Assembly (NCBI GenBank): GCA_964202905.1
Contig: CAXNJO010000009.1
Span: 96,001 to 160,000, forward strand
From: Polyangiales bacterium
GTDB lineage: Bacteria; Myxococcota_A; Polyangia; Polyangiales; JADJQN01
Length of the DNA stretch: 64,000 nucleotides
Direction: 5' to 3'
Every line of letters starts with the position of its first letter. Within the stretch, counting starts at the first letter, position 1. Shown in pieces: positions 21,077 through 29,698 of this stretch. The notes beneath the pieces are model-generated. The model worked only from the letters and a program-made list of their open reading frames with translations, did no database searches and was not told the origin of the DNA. A program made the translations under genes and the position numbers.

Positions 21077-21949
21077 ATGCGTCTCTCGCGTTTCCGCGTC
21101 TCGTCGCTGTGTCTGTTCGCGCTCGTCGGAACCCTGCTCGGATGCGGCGCGCGCACGCCGCTCACCGACGGCACCGAAGACGGCAGCGTCCCCGGTCGCG
21201 ACGCGAGCAGCGATGGCGGCGGACGGGATGGAGGACCGGGGCGCGACGCGGGTCCGGGGAGTGACCTCGGGCCCATCGGCTGCCGCAGCGACGCGGAGTG
21301 CGACGACGGCGACGACTGCACGAGCGATGTGTGCGTCGAGGGCGAGGGCTGCGTCGCGACGCCGCGCGACGACGACCGCGACGGTGCGCTCAACGCCGCG
21401 TGCGGCGGCGACGACTGCGACGACTCGAACCCCGCGATCCGCCCCGGCGTCGACGAGATCTGTGACGACCGCCGCGACAACGACTGCAACGGCGCCGCCG
21501 ACTGTCGCGACATGGTCTGCGCCGTCAATCCCGTATGCGGTGGGCCTCCGCCACCTCCACCCCCTCCCCCGCCGCCGGGCGACGGCGGCACGGTGACGCG
21601 CGAGATTGGGATCGCCGCGTGCACGAACCTCGTGGACGACGACGGCGACGGGCGGCGTGACTGCAGCGACAACGACTGCCGCGGATTCGGCCCCATGGGC
21701 GAGTGCTGCAACGGGGTCGACGACACGCCGGGCGACGGCGATCCGAACTTCGACCTCTTCGCGTGCCGCTGCTTCAGCGACGCGGACTGCGCGGGCGTCG
21801 GCAGCATCGAGACGAGCTGCTGGACACGCTCGTTCAGCCTCTGCGGTCCGCGCTGCAATTTCGTGGGCGGAAACCGCTTCTGCCGCGAGTTCTTCGCGGG
21901 CTCGCTCGAGGTGTGCGACGCCGCGACCGGCGAGTGCGTCGAGGGCTGA
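21077..21949 (+). CDS. Cys-rich lipoprotein with MopE-like putative metal-binding motif
   Basis: Lipobox LLGC; DCDDSNPAIRPG.DEICD..DNDCNG; polyproline linker. Confidence 0.8.
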   Translation: MRLSRFRVSSLCLFALVGTLLGCGARTPLTDGTEDGSVPGRDASSDGGGRDGGPGRDAGPGSDLGPIGCRSDAECDDGDDCTSDVCVEGEGCVATPRDDDRDGALNAACGGDDCDDSNPAIRPGVDEICDDRRDNDCNGAADCRDMVCAVNPVCGGPPPPPPPPPPPGDGGTVTREIGIAACTNLVDDDGDGRRDCSDNDCRGFGPMGECCNGVDDTPGDGDPNFDLFACRCFSDADCAGVGSIETSCWTRSFSLCGPRCNFVGGNRFCREFFAGSLEVCDAATGECVEG

Positions 21950-21963
21950 GCGCCCGAAACGCC

Positions 21964-22485
21964 CTATTTCCCGGAGAGATACTCGCGCCCGTAGCCGACG
22001 TACAGGTTCGCCGCCTCGGCGACGAGGAGGCGGTCGTGGTCGGTGAGCGGGCGCGCGGGCTTCGCCGGGCGCCCGAGCGAAAGGAAGCCACCCTTCAGGA
22101 TGGCATTGGGCGTGACGAGCGAGCCGGCGCCGAGGATCGCGTCGTCCTCGATCCGCGCGTTGTCGAGCACGATGCTGCCCATCCCGACGAGCACGCGGTC
22201 ACCGACGACGCAGCCGTGCAGCGTGACGGCGTGGCCGACGGTGCAGTCCTCGCCGACCGTGGTCGCGCTGAGGCCGCCCGTCGCGTGAACGACGCTGTTG
22301 TCCTGGATGGAGGTGCGCGCACCGATGACGATCGGGGCGACGTCGCCGCGCAGGACCGCGCCGAACCAGATGGACGCGCCGGGCCCGATGGTGACGTCGC
22401 CGATCAGCGTCGCCGTCGGCGCGACGAAAGCGGTGGGGTGGACGGTGGGCAGGACGCCGCGGTAGGGGATTCGGACGTAGGACAT
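21964..22485 (-). CDS. Gamma-class carbonic anhydrase family (hexapeptide repeats)
   Basis: IWFGAVLRGD, IQDNSVVH, TVGH, LHGC; three His ligands present. Confidence 0.92.
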   Translation of the reverse strand: MSYVRIPYRGVLPTVHPTAFVAPTATLIGDVTIGPGASIWFGAVLRGDVAPIVIGARTSIQDNSVVHATGGLSATTVGEDCTVGHAVTLHGCVVGDRVLVGMGSIVLDNARIEDDAILGAGSLVTPNAILKGGFLSLGRPAKPARPLTDHDRLLVAEAANLYVGYGREYLSGK

Positions 22486-22573
22486 CGCGCGCCGGTGTCG
22501 CGCGCGCGGGGCGCGGTGGCAAGCGGAACCGCGCGGGCGGGCGAGAGCGGGGCGCGGGCGAGAGCGCGCCCGG

Positions 22574-24022
22574 TCAGGAGACGCCGGGATCTCCACCGAC
22601 GACGTCGAGGCGCACTCGAGGCTGCTTCGCGCGAGGCGAGACCGGCAGCACGACGCCCCCCTCCATGCGGCCGAGAAGCGAGTGCTTGAACGCCCCCACG
22701 ATCTCGGCGCGCACGAGCGTGCCCGTCGGGTCGACGCCGGCGGGCGCCTCGACGTGCACGATCTCGTGGCGCTCGCTGCGCCCCGCGAAACGGCCGGATC
22801 CGTCACGCGAGGGGCCCTCGACGAGCACCTCCGCGCTGCGACCCACGAGCGACGCGAGGTGCGCCTGCTGCTGCTGCTCGACGAGCGCGAAGAGCCGCGC
22901 GAGCCGGTCGTCCTTCGTGGACTCGGGGACGTCGTCACCGAGCGCGAGGGCCGGCGTGTGGGGGCGGGGCGAGTACTTGAACCCGAAGGCCGCGACGAAG
23001 CCCGCCTCGCGCACGAGGGAGAGGGTCTCGAGGAAGTCCTCCTCCGTCTCGCCGGGGAAGCCGACGATGATGTCCGTCGAGAGCGTGAGGCCCGCGCGGG
23101 ACGCGTGCAGTTCAGCCGCGCGGGCGAGGTACTCCTCGCGCGAGTAGCGGCGGATCATGCGTTTGAGCACGCGATCCGAGCCGGACTGCACGGGCAGGTG
23201 CACGTGCACGGGGAGGAGCGCGAGCTCCGCGTGCGCGGCGACGAGCGCGGGCGTGACGTGGCGCGGGTGCGGCGACGTGTAGCGGAGGCGCAGCAACTCC
23301 GGCACCTCCTCGGCGATGCGGCGCAGCAGCCCCGCGAAGTGCGACTCGGTGCGGCGTCGCTCGCGCAGGTCGAGCGTCTCCCCGGAGGGGCCTGGGTCGT
23401 ACCAGCTGTTGACCGTCTGGCCGAGGAGCGTCACCTCGCGCACGCCGCCGCGGGCGAGCGCGCGCACCTCCGCGACGATGTCGTCGGCGGCGCGGTAGCG
23501 CTCGGGGCCGCGCGTCGTCGGCACGATGCAGAACGAGCAGCGCTCGTCGCAGCCCTTCATCACCGTGACGAACGCGCTCGTCTCGCGGCGCGCGTCCCCC
23601 CGCGGCCGGGCGTGCAGGAACTGCGGCGTCTCGAGGTCGAAGACCGTCCGCGCGATGGGGGGCGCGCCATCGCGCAGCGCCTCGACGAGCGCGGGGAGCT
23701 CGGGGATGTTGTCCGGGCCGAGCACGAGGTCGATGTGCCCGATGTCGCGGAGGAGCTTCTCGCCCTCCTGCTGCGCGACGCAGCCCGCGACCGCGATGAC
23801 GAGCCCGGGGCGCGCGTCCTTGAGCGGACGCAGCCAACCGACGGCGCTGCGGAGCTTGTGCTCGGCCTTCTCGCGGACGCTGCACGTGTTGAAGAGCACG
23901 AGGTCGGCGAGCGCGGACTCGTCGGTCGCCTCCCAGCCGTCGGCCTCGAGCACCTCCTCGATCCGCCGGGAGTCGTGCGCGTTCATCTGGCAGCCGAACG
24001 TCTGGACGAGGAAGCGCTTCAT
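22574..24022 (-). CDS. miaB: tRNA-2-methylthio-N6-dimethylallyladenosine synthase
   Basis: TFGCQMN, NTCSVREKAE, GCDERCSFCIVP radical SAM motif, TRAM domain. Confidence 0.96.
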   Translation of the reverse strand: MKRFLVQTFGCQMNAHDSRRIEEVLEADGWEATDESALADLVLFNTCSVREKAEHKLRSAVGWLRPLKDARPGLVIAVAGCVAQQEGEKLLRDIGHIDLVLGPDNIPELPALVEALRDGAPPIARTVFDLETPQFLHARPRGDARRETSAFVTVMKGCDERCSFCIVPTTRGPERYRAADDIVAEVRALARGGVREVTLLGQTVNSWYDPGPSGETLDLRERRRTESHFAGLLRRIAEEVPELLRLRYTSPHPRHVTPALVAAHAELALLPVHVHLPVQSGSDRVLKRMIRRYSREEYLARAAELHASRAGLTLSTDIIVGFPGETEEDFLETLSLVREAGFVAAFGFKYSPRPHTPALALGDDVPESTKDDRLARLFALVEQQQQAHLASLVGRSAEVLVEGPSRDGSGRFAGRSERHEIVHVEAPAGVDPTGTLVRAEIVGAFKHSLLGRMEGGVVLPVSPRAKQPRVRLDVVGGDPGVS

Positions 24023-24095
24023 GGTGCGCGGGCGAAGCTAGCACGCGCGTCGCGCCGCGCGGCCGTGGCCCACCGGTGCGCCAACACGCCGCTTT

Positions 24096-25811
24096 TCAGG
24101 GCGCACCGAGCGCGAGCGCGCGCCGCCGCCCGTCGGCCTCGCGCCAGCCGCTCGGCGCGTCCTTCGGGTGGACGGGACCCGCGAACTCGAGCTCGCGGGC
24201 GATGTCGAAGTCGGTCACACCGCTCGTGCGCACGTAGCGGACGAGGGCCGCGTAGGGCGCGAAGAACAGCAGGAACGGGAAGAAATTCTTCACGACGACG
24301 ACGTTCGCGTCGCGCATGCGGAGGCCCGCGTTGCGATAGAAAGCGGGGCTGATCGCGAGCGCAGGGCCTTCGACGACGACCACGCGCACGTCACCGATGC
24401 GCAGCACCGCCATGCGGTCCACGCCGTGCGCGCGCGGCAGCCCGATGAGCTCGGCGCGGACGTGCAGCGGCGCGGCGCGGCGCGGGTCGAGCTTGCCGCC
24501 GAGCGTGACCTCCACGGTGTCGCCGACGCGGTGCTCGCGCCAGAGGCGCTCGACGGTCTCGGGATCGCGCAGCGGCACGTAGCTCACGAGGCCCGCGCCC
24601 TCGTCGAGAAGCGCGCGCAACAGCGCGGTGTTCTCGCCGGGCGCACCCGCCGAGACGACGTCGGACGCGTCCGCGAGCACGGCGACGCGGAGCGGGATGC
24701 GCCGCACGGTGCGGGCCGCCGCGATGGCCTCGACCGGCGTCGCGAACGTGGGCGGGAGCGCGTCGCGCACGGCCCAGCAGAGCTCGGCGAGCGACTCGGC
24801 GTGGTGTTCGCCGAGGTCCGGCGCGTCGTCGGTGACGACGAGCGTCGACCAACCCAGCTCACGGTGCGCGTTCCACGGATGCACCGTCATCACGGTGGCG
24901 GCGAGCACGCGCGGGTCGGACGCCTCGAGCTCGTCCATGCGGCGAAAGATCGCGCGCAGCGGCGGCCAGAAGTCGAGCGTGGGCGAGCCGCCGAGCAGCA
25001 TCGGCAGGCTGCGCCACGCGATCCGCGGGCGGATCTCGCCGAGCACGGTGCGCAGCAACAGGCGGCCCACGCGCGCGCCGATGGCCGCGTGATCGCGATG
25101 CGGGTTGGTGCGATAGCCCTGCACGATGCAGGCGCGATCGACGAGGCCGCGCGTCACGTTGCCGTGCAGATCGAGGCTCACGGCGATGGGGACGTCGCGA
25201 CCGATCACCGCCTGCAGGCGCCGCAGCATCTCGCTCTCGGGCCCCTCGGAGGGCGCGAGCGGCAGGTCCGCGACGCCCATCGCGCCGTGCAGCGCGAGGT
25301 AGAGGCCGTCGATCGGCCCGGCTGCGCGCAGGTGCGCCGCCATGCGCTCGACGAGCTCGTCGAAGCAGGCGCGCGTGAGCGGCCCCGAGGGCACGGCCCA
25401 CGCGGAGAGCAACGGCACGAGCTCCACGCGCACGTCGCGCTCCTCGGCGGCCGCGACGACGCCCGCGACGAAGCCGGAGAGCTCGGCGTTCCGAGCGAAA
25501 CCGGAGGCCTCGGTGCCGAGCCAGCGGCAGCGCGCGGCGAGGTCGTCGCCCTCGTGGAAGTGTGTCTGGCGGAAGTCGTCGGTCGTCGTGAGGACGGGGG
25601 AGAAGGCGTTGGTCTCCTGGTTGATGCGCCCGTAGGCGAGGCGAATCACGCGGGTTCCGCGGCCCGGGCCGTGGGGATCGAGCCTGCGCACCGCGTCGCG
25701 CGCGGCCTCACCGAGCTCGCCGCCGACGCGCCGCCCGACGGCGCGGACGAGGCGCCCGAGCAGCGCCGCGTCGAGGGCGCCCCCGGAGCCGAGCCCCTCG
25801 ATGAAGCTCAT
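24096..25811 (-). CDS. M81 family metallopeptidase (MlrC-like)
   Basis: QETNAFS, LALHGAM, SLDLHGN, YRTNPHRD motifs; ATG overlaps the upstream stop. Confidence 0.85.
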   Translation of the reverse strand: MSFIEGLGSGGALDAALLGRLVRAVGRRVGGELGEAARDAVRRLDPHGPGRGTRVIRLAYGRINQETNAFSPVLTTTDDFRQTHFHEGDDLAARCRWLGTEASGFARNAELSGFVAGVVAAAEERDVRVELVPLLSAWAVPSGPLTRACFDELVERMAAHLRAAGPIDGLYLALHGAMGVADLPLAPSEGPESEMLRRLQAVIGRDVPIAVSLDLHGNVTRGLVDRACIVQGYRTNPHRDHAAIGARVGRLLLRTVLGEIRPRIAWRSLPMLLGGSPTLDFWPPLRAIFRRMDELEASDPRVLAATVMTVHPWNAHRELGWSTLVVTDDAPDLGEHHAESLAELCWAVRDALPPTFATPVEAIAAARTVRRIPLRVAVLADASDVVSAGAPGENTALLRALLDEGAGLVSYVPLRDPETVERLWREHRVGDTVEVTLGGKLDPRRAAPLHVRAELIGLPRAHGVDRMAVLRIGDVRVVVVEGPALAISPAFYRNAGLRMRDANVVVVKNFFPFLLFFAPYAALVRYVRTSGVTDFDIARELEFAGPVHPKDAPSGWREADGRRRALALGAP

Positions 25812-27298
25812 TCGTCCCCCCCGAACACGCGGCTCTTCAGCGCGTCGAGCTTGTCGAGGGCGCCGAGCGCGCGCTCGCCGTACTTCTCGAGCAGCGCGCC
25901 GAGCGGGCCGTCGCGTCCGGGTTCGGCGCCGGCCTGCGCGTCGTCGGGGCCATACATCTGCTCGACCATCTTCTCGACGGCGACGCGCACCGCGCCGCGC
26001 ACCGGGAGCCGCGCGACGAGCCCGTACATCGCGGCGTTGCCACGCGCACGGTACTCGGGGTGCGCGCGCACGAAGTCGACCGAGGCGCGGAGATCCGCGA
26101 GGTAGCGCTCGGTGATGGGCTCGTGGTGGGCGATGACCGTGAGGTGCACCGTCGTCGGACGGTGCTGCCGGTCGACGAGCCAGCCGCGGTCCTCGAGCTG
26201 GTCGGCGACGGCGAAGGTGTCGATGGCCGGGTCGGACGAGGCCCAGCAGACGATGGTCGTCGGATCGTCGGAGACGAGCCGCAAGCCGTCGATCGCGGCG
26301 ATGCCGTCGCGGAGGGCGCGCGTCGCCTTCCACGAGCTCGCTGCGAGCGCGGTGAGGCCCTCGTCGCCGAGCGCCTGCAGGCCCGCCCACGCCGCGGCGA
26401 TCGGACCACCGGGCCGCGTCCCCGGCATCGACGGCGACACGTAGATGCCACCGGGAAAATCCGTCGCGACGAAGAACTGGTGCTTGAGGTAGTCGATGGA
26501 GCGGTACGTGATGGTCGACGCGCCCTTCGCGGCGTAGCCGTATTTGTGCACGTCGGCCGAGATGCTCGTCACGCCGGGGACGCGGAAATCCCACGCCGGA
26601 ACGGGCAGACCGAGCCGCTCGAGGAAGGGCAACAAGAAGCCGCCGACGCACGCGTCGACGTGGAACGGGACCCCCTTGCGCTCGGCGATCGCGCCGATCT
26701 CGGCGATCGGGTCGATCACGCCGTGCGGGTACTGCGGCGCCGACGCCGCGATCATCACGGTGTTGCGGTCGACGAGGCGCGCGAGCTTCGCGACGTCCAC
26801 GCGCATGTCGGGGCCGAGCGGCGCCTTCTTCAGGCGCACGCCGAAGTAGTGGCCCGCCTTGTCGAACGCGGGGTGTGCGCTGATGGGGAGCACGAGGTTC
26901 GGACGCCGGATCCAGGGGCGCTTCTTGCGGGCGAGATCGCGGTACGTCTTGACCGCGAGGAGCAGCGACTCGGTGCCGCCCGAGGTCATGGTGCCGACCG
27001 CGTTCGAGTCGCCGCGGAGCATCGTCGCGGTCATGCGCGAGACGTCCTTCTCCATGCGCTTGAGGCTCTGGAACGCGAGCGGATTGAGCCCGTTCTCCGA
27101 GAAGAACTGGGCGTGCGCCTCCTTCAGGAACGCGGAGTGCGCATCACCGCCGTGGTAGACGAGGCTGAAGACGCGGCCGTCCTTCCAGTCGACGTCGCCG
27201 TCGTGCAGCGCGCGGAGCGACGCGAGGAGATCGGCGTGCGGAACACCCTGGGATGGCAGGGCGCGGAGCGTGGGCGCGGGGGCATGGGGCTTGGACAC
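25808..27298 (-). CDS. PLP-dependent enzyme, sphingosine-1-phosphate lyase-like
   Basis: MTSGGTESLLLAVKTYRD, SAPQYPHGVIDP, HVDACVGGF, SISADVHKYGYAAKGAS. Confidence 0.85.
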   Translation of the reverse strand: MSKPHAPAPTLRALPSQGVPHADLLASLRALHDGDVDWKDGRVFSLVYHGGDAHSAFLKEAHAQFFSENGLNPLAFQSLKRMEKDVSRMTATMLRGDSNAVGTMTSGGTESLLLAVKTYRDLARKKRPWIRRPNLVLPISAHPAFDKAGHYFGVRLKKAPLGPDMRVDVAKLARLVDRNTVMIAASAPQYPHGVIDPIAEIGAIAERKGVPFHVDACVGGFLLPFLERLGLPVPAWDFRVPGVTSISADVHKYGYAAKGASTITYRSIDYLKHQFFVATDFPGGIYVSPSMPGTRPGGPIAAAWAGLQALGDEGLTALAASSWKATRALRDGIAAIDGLRLVSDDPTTIVCWASSDPAIDTFAVADQLEDRGWLVDRQHRPTTVHLTVIAHHEPITERYLADLRASVDFVRAHPEYRARGNAAMYGLVARLPVRGAVRVAVEKMVEQMYGPDDAQAGAEPGRDGPLGALLEKYGERALGALDKLDALKSRVFGGDE

Positions 27299-27329
27299 GG
27301 CCCCGATAGTAGCGCACGCGGGGCAGCGG

Positions 27330-28736
27330 TCAGCCGCGCACGAGGTGCTCGACCGCACGGCGCAGCGAGGCGAGGTCGTGCACCGGATGCGACGCGTCGC
27401 AGAGGGGCTCGTAGAGTTTCATCGCGCTGTCGCCGAAGCCCCACGCGCCGGGGGGCTCGGGGTTGAACCAGAGCACGCGACCCGCGCGGCGGCGCACCTC
27501 GCGCAGCGCCTCGGTGTTCGGGTCGTTGTAGTTGTTGCGCCCGTCGCCGAGCACGACGACCGTGGTGCGCGGATCGAGCGCGTCGACGTGCCGCGCGAGC
27601 AGCTGCGCGAAGGCCGCGCCGTAATGGCTGTTCGCCGCGACGCTGACGACGCTGCCGCCGTACGCGAGCGCGATCGCACGCTCGGGCGGGTTCGTGGCGA
27701 AGAGCTCCGTCGTCTCGGCGAGATCGGAGACGAAGACGAACGAGCGCGTGCGCGCGAAGACCTCCTGCACGCCGTGCACGAGGACGAGCAGGAAGCGCGC
27801 GGCCGTACGCACGGAGTCGCTGACGTCGCAGAGGAGCACGAGCTTCGGGCGATCGCGGCGGCGGCGGCGCAGCACGGGGCGGAACGGCAGCGCGCCCGTG
27901 CGGAACGAGGCGCGCAGCGTGCGGCGCACGTCGAGCTGGCCACGCCGCGCGCGGCGGCGACGCACGGCGAGGCGTCCTCGAAGCCGCTCGGCGAGGCGCT
28001 CGACCTCGGCCATCACGCGGGCGACCTCGTCGCGATCGAGCTGCGCGAAGGCCCGCTCTTCGAGGCGCGCGCGGCGCAGATCGTCGCGCTGCGTCGTGGT
28101 GCGGCGGCGCAGCTCGTCCTGCACGAAGCTCCGCGCGACGTGCCGGAACTTCTCGAGCTCCGCGGAGACCGCGTCGACGAGCGCGTCGCCGCGTGCGCCG
28201 AGCGCGTCGCGGAGCCGCGACCGCACCGCGCCGAGCTCCGTCTGCGCCCGCGGGATCCCCGCGGCGTCGAGCACGCGCATCGTGAAATAGCCGACCTGCA
28301 TCGGGGCCTGCATGCGCTCGAGCTGCGCCGCGCGGCCCGCGACCGAGAGCAGGTGATCGAGCGCGCCCCCGCCCGCCACGAGGGCCGCGAGGCCGGTTGC
28401 GGCGCCCGCCTCCTGCCGCGCGCCGAGGGCCTCGAGCACCTCGTCGAGCGCGCCGATCTCGGCCTCCGTGAAGCCCTGCGAGCGCAGGCGATCGTAGAGG
28501 TTCCCCTGCGCGCGGCCGTCCGCGGCGAAGAACGCGTCGAACGCCCGATCGAAGACCGCGCGCTGGTCCGCGGACTTGAGCATGACCGCGCGGAGGGCGG
28601 CCTTGAGGTCGTCCCGTCGCCCGACCCCGACGGCCATCGCCGCGCGCTCGACGTCGATCGCCTCGACGGGCGAGAGCGCGAGGCCGGCGCGGCGGGCCGT
28701 CGACACGAACTCGTGCAGGACGGTGTCGAGCGCCAT
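27330..28736 (-). CDS. CoxE-like VWA domain protein
   Basis: LDVRRTLRAS, LLCDVSDSV MIDAS, VLGDGRNNY, WFNPE. Confidence 0.88.
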   Translation of the reverse strand: MALDTVLHEFVSTARRAGLALSPVEAIDVERAAMAVGVGRRDDLKAALRAVMLKSADQRAVFDRAFDAFFAADGRAQGNLYDRLRSQGFTEAEIGALDEVLEALGARQEAGAATGLAALVAGGGALDHLLSVAGRAAQLERMQAPMQVGYFTMRVLDAAGIPRAQTELGAVRSRLRDALGARGDALVDAVSAELEKFRHVARSFVQDELRRRTTTQRDDLRRARLEERAFAQLDRDEVARVMAEVERLAERLRGRLAVRRRRARRGQLDVRRTLRASFRTGALPFRPVLRRRRRDRPKLVLLCDVSDSVRTAARFLLVLVHGVQEVFARTRSFVFVSDLAETTELFATNPPERAIALAYGGSVVSVAANSHYGAAFAQLLARHVDALDPRTTVVVLGDGRNNYNDPNTEALREVRRRAGRVLWFNPEPPGAWGFGDSAMKLYEPLCDASHPVHDLASLRRAVEHLVRG

Positions 28737-28743
28737 CGCGGAC

Positions 28744-29610
28744 CTACGGTGCCGGCTCGCGCAGGAGCTGCTCGACGAGGGCGCGCAGCCGCGCGAGCGA
28801 GGCGCCGTCCGCGCCGACGAACAGCTCGCGGACGCGGCCGCCGCGGTCGAGCACGGCGAGCGTCGGCACCGCCCGCACCCCGAAACGACGGCCCGCGCCA
28901 TCCACGTCACGCGCGATGGTGTAGGTCACTGGCGACCGCGCGAGGTGGGCGCGGACGCGCTCGGCGCGCTCGTCGGTGAGCCCGAGGACGGTGAGCCCCT
29001 GCGCGTGGTGCGCGCGGTGCAGGCGGTCGAGCTCGGGCATGATGCGCCGGCAGGGCCCGCACCAGGTCGCCCAGAAGTCGAGCACGACGACGCGCCCGCG
29101 CAGCGCCTCGAGGCTCGCCGGGTCGGGCCCCGAGAGGCGCTCGGCCTGCACGGCCGGCGCCGGGCCGCCCACCAGCGTCGCGGGGCCGGGCGCGGCGTCG
29201 CGCGGTGCGGCGGCGAGCGTCGCGCGCAACGTGCTGATGCTGCTGCCGCGGCGCACCTGCAAGCTCACCGCGCGCCCGGGCACCCAGGCCGCGACGAGCG
29301 CGGCGAGCTCGTCGTGCGTCCGCGGCGAGGCGTCCTCGATGCGCGCGAGCGTGTCGCCGGGGCGGAGCCCCGCGAGCGCAGCGGGCGAGCCGGGCACGAC
29401 CTCGACGACGACCAGCCCCGCGGACCGAGGCTCGGTCGCGATGCCGAGGAAGGCGCGGGCACCGCCTCCGTTCGGCGCGGCGCGCGCGAGGTCGTTCACG
29501 CCGGGCAGCAGCGCGAGCGCGCCGAGCAGCGCGAGCGCGAGGCCGACGCCTCCGAGCGAGCGGGCGAGGCGGGCCCCGGCGAGCGAGCGAGGCGCGAGGC
29601 GGCGACGCAT
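28744..29610 (-). CDS. PDZ domain + TlpA-like thiol-disulfide oxidoreductase, exported
   Basis: Signal peptide; FLGI..VVEVVPGSPAA.AGL.PGD PDZ; LDFWATWCGPC. Confidence 0.85.
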   Translation of the reverse strand: MRRRLAPRSLAGARLARSLGGVGLALALLGALALLPGVNDLARAAPNGGGARAFLGIATEPRSAGLVVVEVVPGSPAALAGLRPGDTLARIEDASPRTHDELAALVAAWVPGRAVSLQVRRGSSISTLRATLAAAPRDAAPGPATLVGGPAPAVQAERLSGPDPASLEALRGRVVVLDFWATWCGPCRRIMPELDRLHRAHHAQGLTVLGLTDERAERVRAHLARSPVTYTIARDVDGAGRRFGVRAVPTLAVLDRGGRVRELFVGADGASLARLRALVEQLLREPAP

Positions 29611-29698
29611 GGGCGCGCAGCCTAGCAGCGGGCCGAGGTGGTGCGACGGCCGGCAACGCCGCGGTGCCCGCACGCCGGACGCGGTGTACAAACGGGAC

